A stretch of 64,000 nucleotides of DNA from assembly GCA_965219995.1 (NCBI GenBank), contig CBDCOX010000002.1, positions 1,984,001-2,048,000 of the forward strand. Direction: 5' to 3'. The notes under the pieces are model-generated. The model made no database searches. It saw only the letters and a program-made list of their open reading frames with translations, and was not told the DNA's origin. The position numbers and the translations under genes are program-made. Shown in pieces: positions 39,333 through 47,937 of this stretch (within the stretch, counting starts at the first letter, position 1; the number at the start of each line of letters is the position of its first letter). The DNA is from Candidatus Latescibacterota bacterium (GTDB taxonomy: Bacteria > Latescibacterota > UBA2968 > GCA-2709665).

Positions 39333-40019
39333 TTACTGTAGCCCCGGGTTGACCCGTTCTTCGACGGTGCCGTCGGCCCTGCCGATAACGACCTGGTGGG
39401 CAAGTCCGACAAAGAGGCCGGATTCAACGACGCCGCAGATCGCCGCGAGGCGTCGTTCGAGGTCGGCGGGATCGTTGATGACGCCAAAAGCGCAGTCCAG
39501 GATGTGGTTCCCGTTATCCGTAAAGAAAGCCCGGTTTTCCTGAACACGGAGACTGGCCCGGCACCCAAGGGCTTCGACCTGCAACCGAACGAACTGCCAC
39601 CCGAAGGGCGCCACTTCGACCGGCAGAGGGAATCCGCCGAGGCGATTCTTGAGTTTCGATTCGTCGGCGACGATGATTTCGCGGCGGCTGGCGGTGGCCA
39701 CAAGCTTCTCGCGCAGCAGCGCGCCTCCCCCGCCCTTGATCAGATTGAAGGCGGGATCGATCTCGTCCGCGCCGTCGATGGTCAGGTCGATCGTGGCGGC
39801 CAGGGCGAAATCCGTAAGCGGGATTCCCTCGCGTTCCGCCTGAATCCGGGACTGTTCCGACGTGGGAATACCGTGAATCCGAAGGCCCTCCCGAACCCGC
39901 TCGCCCAGCCTTCTGATAGCAAAGTGCGCGGTGGATCCGGTCCCCAGACCGACGATCATCCCGTCGTCCGCCAGGTTGGCGGCCCATTCGCCTGCAAGTT
40001 GTTTCGGATTGGCCGCCAC
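39333..40019 (-). CDS. rpiA: Ribose-5-phosphate isomerase A
   Basis: GLGTGST, DGADE, IKGGGGALLREK, TDNGN, GVVESGLF. Start uncertain (GTG 40019 or TTG 40034). Confidence 0.96.
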   Translation of the reverse strand: MAANPKQLAGEWAANLADDGMIVGLGTGSTAHFAIRRLGERVREGLRIHGIPTSEQSRIQAEREGIPLTDFALAATIDLTIDGADEIDPAFNLIKGGGGALLREKLVATASRREIIVADESKLKNRLGGFPLPVEVAPFGWQFVRLQVEALGCRASLRVQENRAFFTDNGNHILDCAFGVINDPADLERRLAAICGVVESGLFVGLAHQVVIGRADGTVEERVNPGLQ

Positions 40020-40279
40020 GTTATATATTCGCAACGTCGTGCGATCTCACATGCGACTCCTGAGAATCTCGAGGCCAGGTACGATTCGCGGTGAATTTAT
40101 CATTCCCCGGTCCGAATTGCAACGATAAATGATGGTGACAACACACCCGCTGCGGCATTTGTTCCCGGATTGAGGCATGAATTCAATTGACATTCTCGCC
40201 CGTATATAACATATATATTACCGAGGCCGTTTGCAGGCGGCCGCACCCATTCAGTCGAGCAACTGACGCGGGAGGACGC

Positions 40280-41125
40280 GTGGCGTACACCACACTTGAA
40301 GATTTTTTCGGTGATATCGTCGGAAAGGCCAGGCGCGGGCGGGGTCTGTCGGAAGCGGCGCTTGCGAGCGCGGCGGGGCTGACCGCCGCGGACGTCGGCA
40401 GGATCGAAGCCTACGAACTCACGCCCGACGACGGCGGGATCCGGACGCTGGCGGGCGCGCTGGATCTGGACGGCGACAAGCTCGCCGCGGTTGCAAAGGG
40501 ATGGGTGCCGGCGCACGGAAATGCGTCTCACGACGACGCGCGACTGTCCGTCGAGAGGACGATTCTGGACGTGGGTATGGAAGTGAACGCCTATACGTTG
40601 AAGTGCAAGGCTTCAGGAGAAGGCGCGATCGTGGATGCGGGCGGGCAGGCCGGGCGGATTCTTGCACAGGTTGAGCGCCTGAACCTGAAGGTGACCCACG
40701 TGCTGCTTACGCACGGACATGGCGACCACGTGGGCGCGCTTGCCGAGGTCGCCGAGGCAACCGCCGCAAGGGTATATTGCTGCGAACGGGACTTCGGACT
40801 TCTGGGAAGTTTGAAGGAATTCGTGACCGACGTTGTGGACGACGGCTGGCGCACGAACGTGGGGGGAATCGCCATCGACGCGGTCAGTCTTCCCGGGCAC
40901 ACTGCGGGCGGAATCGGGTATGGTGGGGACGGGATATTCTTTTCGGGAGACGCGCTTTTCGCCGGATCCATGGGCGGCGCGCCGGGTCCGGCCTATGCCG
41001 GTCAGATCGCGGCGGTAACGAAAAAGGTCCTGTCAAGGGACGGGAATACCCGCGTATTTCCGGGGCACGGGCCCATCACGTCGGTCGCCGAGGAACTGGC
41101 GCACAATCCGTTCTTTTCGTGCTGA
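40280..41125 (+). CDS. XRE-type HTH fused to MBL-fold metallo-hydrolase (glyoxalase II-like)
   Basis: N-terminal RRGRGLSEAALASAAGL..DVGRIE HTH, THGHGDH, PGHT.G, SGDALFAGS, PGHGP...NPF. GGAGG RBS before GTG 40280. Confidence 0.85.
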   Translation: MAYTTLEDFFGDIVGKARRGRGLSEAALASAAGLTAADVGRIEAYELTPDDGGIRTLAGALDLDGDKLAAVAKGWVPAHGNASHDDARLSVERTILDVGMEVNAYTLKCKASGEGAIVDAGGQAGRILAQVERLNLKVTHVLLTHGHGDHVGALAEVAEATAARVYCCERDFGLLGSLKEFVTDVVDDGWRTNVGGIAIDAVSLPGHTAGGIGYGGDGIFFSGDALFAGSMGGAPGPAYAGQIAAVTKKVLSRDGNTRVFPGHGPITSVAEELAHNPFFSC

Positions 41126-41269
41126 GCCGCTGCTGAAGCTCCTGACGTGAAGGCATCTCTGAACTCGAGTAGTTCACGAGAATTACCCGATTTCTTGAAT
41201 AACCTGTTGTTTTTCTGAATATTCAGTGGTTGACACAAGGAAAGCCATTAGGGTTCAGGGATTGATGTG

Positions 41270-41390
41270 GTCGACGTGATGAGTTGCGGTCAATGGTGAT
41301 TCGATTCACTGCCGTTACTCGTTTTCTCGTGCATTTGTCGCGCTTTTTTTGGTTTTTGTCCTGTCCATCCTGTCCATCCATGTAAGTTCC
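41270..41390 (-). repeat. ACAGGAT-family dispersed repeat (minus orientation)
   Basis: Minus strand acatggatggacaggatggacaggac-aaaaaccaaaaaaagcgcgacaaatgcacgagaaaacga..., matching the copies at 44711, 47408 and 47547. Confidence 0.88.
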
Positions 41391-41431
41391 GTCTGATGAA
41401 ATAATGAACGTAGAGACCAAGGAGCCTGGAT

Positions 41432-44400
41432 ATGGCCCGGTGGCCCCTTCTATTCGGCATCTTCCTGTTCACGTGCGGCAGTGCTGTGGGCCAGGAGTAT
41501 TTCGGCAAGAACAAGGTGACGTATGACGATTACGACTGGCACTATCTGGAGACGGAGCATTTCAAGATCTATTTCGACAAGGCGTCTCAGCCTGCGGCGG
41601 AGTTTGCGGCGAAGGAGGCGGAGCGTGCGCTGGTGCGTCTGGAGAAGGATCTGAAGTATACGTTGAAGGATCGATATCCGATTGTGATCTACAATTCTCA
41701 CAACGGGTTTTCGGTGACGAACATCACGCCGACGGAGCAGTCGGAGTTCACGGGGGGTTTTACGGAGTTTGCACAGGGTCGTGTGGTGATCCCGTATACG
41801 GGGTCGTATAGCGATTTCCGTCACGTGATCCACCATGAGCTGGTGCACGTGGTGACGCTGGAGATGTGGACGGGCGGCGGTTGGCTGGGTGCGATGATGA
41901 CGCAGACGGCGTCGTTGCCGCCGTTGTGGATTGCGGAGGGAGTGGCGGAGTATTTGTCACAGGGTGGATGGGACGGCGAGGCGGACAATTTCATGCGTCA
42001 TGCGACGATCACGGGGTATGTGCCGGGGATGATGTCGCTGAGCGGTGCGTTTGCGTATAAGGGGGGTCAGTCGGTCTTCGTGATGATCGAGGAGGAGTAT
42101 GGCAAGGACAAGGTGGCGGAGTTCATATCGTCGTTCCGTTCCGCGCGATCGGTGGACAAGGCGCTGAAGGCGTCGGTGGGTGAGGGTGTGGAGGAGCTGG
42201 ACGAGAAGTGGCAGTTGTGGTTGAAGCGTCAGTATTGGAACGAGATCAACCTGCACCATCCGTCGGAGGAGGTGGCGAAGCAGTTGACGGAGGCGGGCGC
42301 GGGTCGCGGTTTTTACAATATCGCGCCGTCGTTTTCGCCGCAGGGGGACAAGATCGCGTATGTGACGGAGCGTGAGGGTACGTTCGACATCTATCTGATG
42401 TCGGCGATCGACGGACAGGATCTGGGCCGGTTGGTGGAGGGGGAGCGATCGTCGGATTTCGAGGGGTTGTTCGTGCTGCGGCCCGGGATCACGTGGTCGC
42501 CGGACGGGAAGCAGATCGCGTTTGCGGCGAAGTCGCGCAACAAGAACACGTTGTATACGCTGGACGTGCGGAAGAAGCGGGTGACGAAGCGATTCGAGTT
42601 CGATCTGGACGGGTTGTTCGAGCCGACGTGGTCGCCGGACGGGAAGCAGATCGCGATCGTGGGGTTGAAGGACGGGTGGTCGGACGTGTATATCGTAAAC
42701 GTGGAGGACGAGGGTCTGCGTCGGATGACGCGGGACCCGTATGACGAGAAGCACCTGGACTGGTCGCCGGACGGGGAGTGGATCGCGATCAGTTCGGACC
42801 GTCCCGGCGCGGATCTGGAATACGACGGGTCGAAGGACTTTGTGTTCGGCACGTATAACGTGTTCGTGCTGCGTGCCGACGGCAGCGAGATCCGGCAGGT
42901 GGTGGAGAGCGAGGTGAACGACAGTCATCCCACGTGGGGACCGGACTCCCAGACGCTGGCGTTCGTGTCGGACAGGACGGGGGTGGGCAACATCTACATT
43001 GCGCACGTGGACGGGTCGCAGATGTATCCGATCAGCAATCTGCTGTCGGGAGCGCGGTATATCGACTGGAGCGCGGACGGCAAGAAGCTGGCGTTCACGA
43101 CGTTTCACCGCGGGGGCTATGACATCTTCGTGATGAAGGACCCGCGGCAGAAGAAGCGCGGGATGGAGGACCTGCCGCTGACGCGGTATGCGAAGCGGCT
43201 GGCGGGCATCGAAGACCGCCCGTTCGTGGAGTTGCAGAAGGAACGCAGGCAGGAAGCCGCACACGGCGGCGCGGAACCCGACAGTTCGGTGGCGGCCGCA
43301 GACGCTGACACGGCGGTGGCGACAGCGGCGGCGGACAGGAAGGTGGAGACGTGGATGTCGGACCAGATGGCGCTGGCGGCCGCCGAAGCGCGCGGAGACG
43401 ACGACGGGGCGGCTGCCGACGGCGACAGCCTGGAGACCGACGGCGACAGGGAACTGACGCTGCGAGACTGGAACAAGGCGTTCACGATCAACAAATACCG
43501 CGTGAAACTCAAACCCGAATTCTTCGGGGCCAACGCGGGCTTCGACACCTTCTACGGTGTCAGCAGCCTGCTTCAGTTGTCGCTGACCGACGTGATGGGC
43601 GATCACCGCGTCGTCATTCAGACCGGGTTGAGCTTCTCCCTCAAAGACAGCGATCTCTTCCTCGGATACCAGAACCTCAAGAACCAGACCAACTACTACC
43701 TCAGCGCCATCCACACGCGCCTGTTCTTCTTCGACAGCGGTCAGTTGAACGCGGATCGCTATATCGGGGCCGAAGCCAGCCTGGTTCGGCCGTTCAGCCG
43801 ATTCAGCAGGATGGAACTGGGCACGCGCGGCATCAGGATTTCCCGTGAACGCCTGGAACGGGAACGCTATGACAATCGCTGGGTACGGCGCGGCTTCACC
43901 GGCAGCAGCCTGCGCGGGCTTTCGGGCACCGAAGTCGATTCACGGGGAGCCGTGGTTTCCTACCTGGCCCTCGTCGACGACAACTCGCTGATGGGCGGTT
44001 TCGGCGCCGTGGACGGTCACCGGATGCGCTTTGGCGTTGAGGGAAGCTGGGCGGGAATGCGCTTTGCGGCGTTGAACGCGGATCTGCGACAGTATCTGTT
44101 CACGCTTGGCGAATACACCTTCGCCCTGCGTCTGTCCGGAGGCACCAGCTTCGGCCCGAACAAGAGGATCTATTTCGTGGGGGGCGTCAACAACCCCGTG
44201 AACCCCAATTTCTCCACGTTTGCCAACGTGGACCAGGACCGGATATTCTTCTCCAGTTTCGTCTGGCCGCTTCGGGGCGTGGAATTGTTCGAGCTGGCGG
44301 GCGACTCATACGTACTGGCCAATGCGGCGTTCCGCTTCCCGCTCATCCGGGAACTGGCCATGGGCTGGCCCCTGCCGCTCTTCTTCCAGCACGTTCAGGG

Positions 44401-44683
44401 TGAATTGTTCATGGATATCGGCGGCGCCTTCGAACGGGCCAGATGGAGAGACGGCTGGATCGCCCGCGACGGCGGCTTCGAACTCAACGTGCCGCAGCAC
44501 TTCCGCGACGGAAGGTCCAAACACGGATTCGAGAAACCGCAGATGGCCGCGGGCTACGGATTCGGCGTACGGGTGAATCTGGGCTATTTCCTTTTCCGGT
44601 ACGATCTTGCCTGGCCCACCGACTTTGCGCAGACCTACCATCCTCACCAGTATTTCTCAATTGACCTGACGGGGCATTTCTAA
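41432..44683 (+). CDS. Omp85/BamA-TamA family barrel with N-terminal zinc-peptidase (HExxH) and PD40/TolB propeller domains
   Basis: Signal peptide, FGKNKV.Y, HHELVH...WIAEGVAEY, repeated WSPDGKQIA, C-terminal barrel AGYGFGVR...RYDLAWP...F. AAGGAG RBS. Confidence 0.85.
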   Translation: MARWPLLFGIFLFTCGSAVGQEYFGKNKVTYDDYDWHYLETEHFKIYFDKASQPAAEFAAKEAERALVRLEKDLKYTLKDRYPIVIYNSHNGFSVTNITPTEQSEFTGGFTEFAQGRVVIPYTGSYSDFRHVIHHELVHVVTLEMWTGGGWLGAMMTQTASLPPLWIAEGVAEYLSQGGWDGEADNFMRHATITGYVPGMMSLSGAFAYKGGQSVFVMIEEEYGKDKVAEFISSFRSARSVDKALKASVGEGVEELDEKWQLWLKRQYWNEINLHHPSEEVAKQLTEAGAGRGFYNIAPSFSPQGDKIAYVTEREGTFDIYLMSAIDGQDLGRLVEGERSSDFEGLFVLRPGITWSPDGKQIAFAAKSRNKNTLYTLDVRKKRVTKRFEFDLDGLFEPTWSPDGKQIAIVGLKDGWSDVYIVNVEDEGLRRMTRDPYDEKHLDWSPDGEWIAISSDRPGADLEYDGSKDFVFGTYNVFVLRADGSEIRQVVESEVNDSHPTWGPDSQTLAFVSDRTGVGNIYIAHVDGSQMYPISNLLSGARYIDWSADGKKLAFTTFHRGGYDIFVMKDPRQKKRGMEDLPLTRYAKRLAGIEDRPFVELQKERRQEAAHGGAEPDSSVAAADADTAVATAAADRKVETWMSDQMALAAAEARGDDDGAAADGDSLETDGDRELTLRDWNKAFTINKYRVKLKPEFFGANAGFDTFYGVSSLLQLSLTDVMGDHRVVIQTGLSFSLKDSDLFLGYQNLKNQTNYYLSAIHTRLFFFDSGQLNADRYIGAEASLVRPFSRFSRMELGTRGIRISRERLERERYDNRWVRRGFTGSSLRGLSGTEVDSRGAVVSYLALVDDNSLMGGFGAVDGHRMRFGVEGSWAGMRFAALNADLRQYLFTLGEYTFALRLSGGTSFGPNKRIYFVGGVNNPVNPNFSTFANVDQDRIFFSSFVWPLRGVELFELAGDSYVLANAAFRFPLIRELAMGWPLPLFFQHVQGELFMDIGGAFERARWRDGWIARDGGFELNVPQHFRDGRSKHGFEKPQMAAGYGFGVRVNLGYFLFRYDLAWPTDFAQTYHPHQYFSIDLTGHF

Positions 44684-44710
44684 ACCTGTTCATTCATGAA
44701 AACGGAACAA

Positions 44711-44890
44711 ACATGGATGGACAGGATTGACAGGATGAAAACCAAAAAGCGCGACAAAGGCACGATAAAACCAACATCAGAAACTACGAGACACGCGAAA
44801 AAACGAAAAATGCGTGACTGACCCCATTAACCTAAATTCGAAAAAAGACAACCGCTGAATTGGCCACAAAAAGCACAAAGGGCACAAAAG
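44711..44890 (+). repeat. ACAGGAT-family repeat (~120 bp) followed by a CACAAAAAG-type 9-bp periodic motif
   Basis: 44711-44830 is closely similar to 47408-47530. gccacaaaaagcacaaagggcacaaaag at ~44863-44890. Confidence 0.88.
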
Positions 44891-45006
44891 GGTTCGGCGC
44901 CAAACGGCATGTGTCGTAACGCCTTGACCTTGCAGGTCATTCCTTTGAAGACCGAGCCGGATCGTATGGTGGCGTCTGAATACAGTGTTGCGGGAGAAGA
45001 TGCAGA

Positions 45007-45315
45007 ATGGCGGCGAAGGTCCACTATCGGGAAGGATTGAAACTGATTTCAGCCGGCGACCTGCATGGTGCTCTTGAGATGTTTCACAGGTCGCTTGAGG
45101 AAGACCCGGACTTCTACCTGGGTCACCTCGGTCTGGCGCAGGTACTGGACCGGCAGGGCAAAGTCGATGATGCGATTCTGCACGCGCGGGAAGCGATTCG
45201 AATCGCGCCGGAGGAACCGCTTGCCCACACGAGTCTTTCCAGGCTGTACCAGCAAAAGGGCCTTATCGACGAAGCCGAGGCGGCGATGGAGACCTCCCGG
45301 CGGCTGCAGTCCTGA
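45007..45315 (+). CDS. Small TPR protein
   Basis: TPR pattern A...F..SL..DP.F..GH.GLA...G..D.A...A..A....P. Confidence 0.8.
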   Translation: MAAKVHYREGLKLISAGDLHGALEMFHRSLEEDPDFYLGHLGLAQVLDRQGKVDDAILHAREAIRIAPEEPLAHTSLSRLYQQKGLIDEAEAAMETSRRLQS

Positions 45316-45443
45316 TCGAGGCGGGAAGCCGGCGACTCGACGCCTGCCTGCCGCGACGCACGCGGCGCAGGCGGGGCCGAATTCAGGCAACGTATTTCCG
45401 ATTCGGAACACAAACCGGGTGCGGGCGCAGGGTCCGCGCCCGG

Positions 45444-46478
45444 TTAATTATTCCCTTTGAGACCGGTAGAATCAGCGGAGCTCAACCGGCGGGAAACCAG
45501 GAGGCGCATCAAACCGGGGCCGCCTGCAACCAGATAGGTCGCGAAAGCGAGGCCATGCATCGTGGTCGCGTAGGCGAGGGCATCCGTAAGCGGCACGTCG
45601 TATACCGCGTTGAGCGTCTGACTGCAGAAATAATGGTAGGTGCCGGTTCCGCCGGGGGTCGGGATGATTACGCCGATGGTCGAGATGACCAGGACGACGA
45701 CGGCGTCGTAAACGCCGAGGTCGTACCGGGAGGGGAAACCGAATGCGAAGAAGGTGACATACGACGTCAGGATATATGCCAGATTGAGAAAGATGCTGTA
45801 CACGAGGATGCCGACGTAGCCCGAGGCTGCATGAACACCGCCCAGTCCCTGAAACAACGATCGGAGAATCCCGATCAGCCGGTCCGCGAACGACGGGGAG
45901 ACCCATCGGACGGGGCGACGCATTACGTTCAGTGCTCGGTCACCGTAGACAGACAGAAGCGCGAAGAGCACGAGAATGCCTACCGTGGACGCCAGTGCGA
46001 GGAGCGCGACCCCCTCCATCCATGGGAAGGCTGAAACGACTTTGTTTCTGGAAAAATAGAGTACGCCACCCATGAATATGAGGAGGGCAAGCATGTCGAT
46101 TGCCCGTTCCACGAGGATGGTGGCGAGAATACCGCTCAGCGGCAGGCGCTCATCCTTCTTCAGCGCGACCCCCCGCGCGATCTCCCCGGCACGGGAAATG
46201 ACGTTGGTGGCCGCGTAACCCACAAGGATGGCATGGCTGGCTCTTTGGAAGGAAATCCTGCGGCTGACGGGCTTCAACAGGATCTGCCAGCGCCAGGCGC
46301 GAGGCGGAATGGAAAGGACGAGGAGAAAAACACTCAACGCCAGCCAGGAAACCCTCGCCTGGCTCAAGGCAGACCACAGGCCCGCCGGGTCGACGCCCTG
46401 AAAGGCCAACCACAGAAACCCCGCGGCAAGCGCCACGCCAATGGCGAACTTGATCAGTGTTCTTATCGTCCGAGGCAC
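45444..46478 (-). CDS. Lysylphosphatidylglycerol-synthase TM-domain (flippase-like) membrane protein
   Basis: RAWRWQILL, SRAGEIAR, VERAID, IPTPGGTGTYH. Confidence 0.85.
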   Translation of the reverse strand: MPRTIRTLIKFAIGVALAAGFLWLAFQGVDPAGLWSALSQARVSWLALSVFLLVLSIPPRAWRWQILLKPVSRRISFQRASHAILVGYAATNVISRAGEIARGVALKKDERLPLSGILATILVERAIDMLALLIFMGGVLYFSRNKVVSAFPWMEGVALLALASTVGILVLFALLSVYGDRALNVMRRPVRWVSPSFADRLIGILRSLFQGLGGVHAASGYVGILVYSIFLNLAYILTSYVTFFAFGFPSRYDLGVYDAVVVLVISTIGVIIPTPGGTGTYHYFCSQTLNAVYDVPLTDALAYATTMHGLAFATYLVAGGPGLMRLLVSRRLSSADSTGLKGNN

Positions 46479-46492
46479 AAGGGCTCTCGTTG

Positions 46493-47386
46493 TCAGTATC
46501 CGAATCTGCGCAGGACCAGTTCCTTTTTCCGCCAGTTCCGGTGAACTCTCACGCGAAGGTCCAGATAGATCGGTGCGTTCAGAAACGCCTCTATCTTGCC
46601 TCGTGCGTTCTTGCCGATGGATTTGAGCGTTTTTCCATTTGCGCCGATGACTATACCCTTCTGGGACTCTCGTTCAACGACGATGCTGGCGCAGATAAAG
46701 GTACGGGGACCGCCCTCGCGAAATGTCTCTACATTGACCGCCGCGGCGTAGGGCAATTCCTGCCGGAGTTGCAGAAAAATCTCCTCCCGGATGAGTTCGG
46801 CAACGAAGAATCGCTCGGGGTGCTCGGTGAGCATGTCTTCCGGGAAATATTCGGGTCCTGCCGGCAGCGCCTGCTCGAGACTGGCATTGAGCCGTTCGAC
46901 ATTGTACCCGGTCCGGGCGGAAACCGGCAGGATTTCCTGAACCGCGGCTTCTTTCCCGACGATGTCGACGCACTGTTGCGCCCGGACGGTGGAAACCAGG
47001 TCGGATTTGTTCACCGCGACGATGCGCGGGCTCCGCACCCTGCGCAGGATGTCACGAACCTCCCCGTCGAAAGTGGCACTGAAGTTGGAAGCGTCGATCA
47101 CACAGAGAAATACATCCGCGTCGCTAATCGAACGCCTTATTTGTTCGCTCATTCGTTCGTGAAGGCCGCGGCCGGGCCGGAGCAGTCCCGGCGTATCCAG
47201 AAAGATCATCTGAGAGGTACGTGAGGTAAGGATGCCCAAAATCCGATGGCGCGTGGTCTGAGGTTTTTCGGTCACAATGGACAGGCGTTCGCCTACGAGC
47301 AGGTTGAACAGCGTGGATTTGCCCACGTTGGGCTTGCCGGAGATGACGATGTATCCGGATTTGAAATCGGACGTGATGCGCATCAC
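46493..47386 (-). CDS. era: GTPase Era
   Basis: GKPNVGKST, PQTTR, DTPG, NKSD, ELPY, KH domain SQKGIVIG. Confidence 0.97.
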   Translation of the reverse strand: MMRITSDFKSGYIVISGKPNVGKSTLFNLLVGERLSIVTEKPQTTRHRILGILTSRTSQMIFLDTPGLLRPGRGLHERMSEQIRRSISDADVFLCVIDASNFSATFDGEVRDILRRVRSPRIVAVNKSDLVSTVRAQQCVDIVGKEAAVQEILPVSARTGYNVERLNASLEQALPAGPEYFPEDMLTEHPERFFVAELIREEIFLQLRQELPYAAAVNVETFREGGPRTFICASIVVERESQKGIVIGANGKTLKSIGKNARGKIEAFLNAPIYLDLRVRVHRNWRKKELVLRRFGY

Positions 47387-47407
47387 CCCTCTACGTAAAA
47401 AAAACTC

Positions 47408-47905
47408 ACATGGATGGACAGGATGAACAGGATAAAGACCGAAAAGCGCGACAAAGGCACGAGAAAACGAACATCAGAAACTACGAAACACGCGAAAAAA
47501 ACGAAACATCCGTGATTGATCCCATTAACTCAAAACACCAGAACTTACATGGATGAACAGGATGAAAACCAAGAAGCGCGAGAAGACGATTAACAGCGGT
47601 GAGTCGATTCTCCATGGACCGCGCGTCGTCACTCCGTCCACACTGAAACCCAAATGTCAACTTGCCAAACCGATTCCGGACGCTTCAAGGTTTTCGATAT
47701 ATTCTCCGCTAATGTTGTTGAAAATCAACCGATTATGCAACTAACCCACCGGTTTTCATGGACATTTGAGGATTTGGTTTTTTCCGAATTTTGCTTTTCA
47801 TCCTGCCTATCCTGTGTATCCATGTTTGGCGTCGTTTGCAGCCATACGGCGAAGGTCACCAACTGCAATTGACAGGACGGACAGGATGAAAACCGAAAAG
47901 CGCGA
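47408..47905. repeat. Cluster of four ACAGGAT-family motifs (+ at 47408, + at 47547, - at 47800-47825, + at 47869)
   Basis: Direct reading of the motif copies and their shared tail aaaacc(g/a)aaaagcgcga. Confidence 0.88.
47723..47735 (+). promoter_or_regulatory. IHF-consensus site inside the repeat cluster
   Basis: AATCAA-ccga-TTA matches WATCAANNNNTTR. Confidence 0.35.
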
Positions 47906-47937
47906 GAAATCGGAGCGTCTTCGTCAATGATTCAGTT

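Noticed and set aside
41957-43714. 585-aa antisense ORF (also 11105..12877, 34434..35942, 55294..57189, 59081..60583)
   Set aside because: These are shadow frames of well-supported genes in GC-rich, codon-biased DNA and show no protein motifs.
44711-47530. Composite transposon bounded by ~120-bp direct repeats
   Set aside because: The cargo is housekeeping (era, flippase-like, TPR), with no transposase or target-site duplication.
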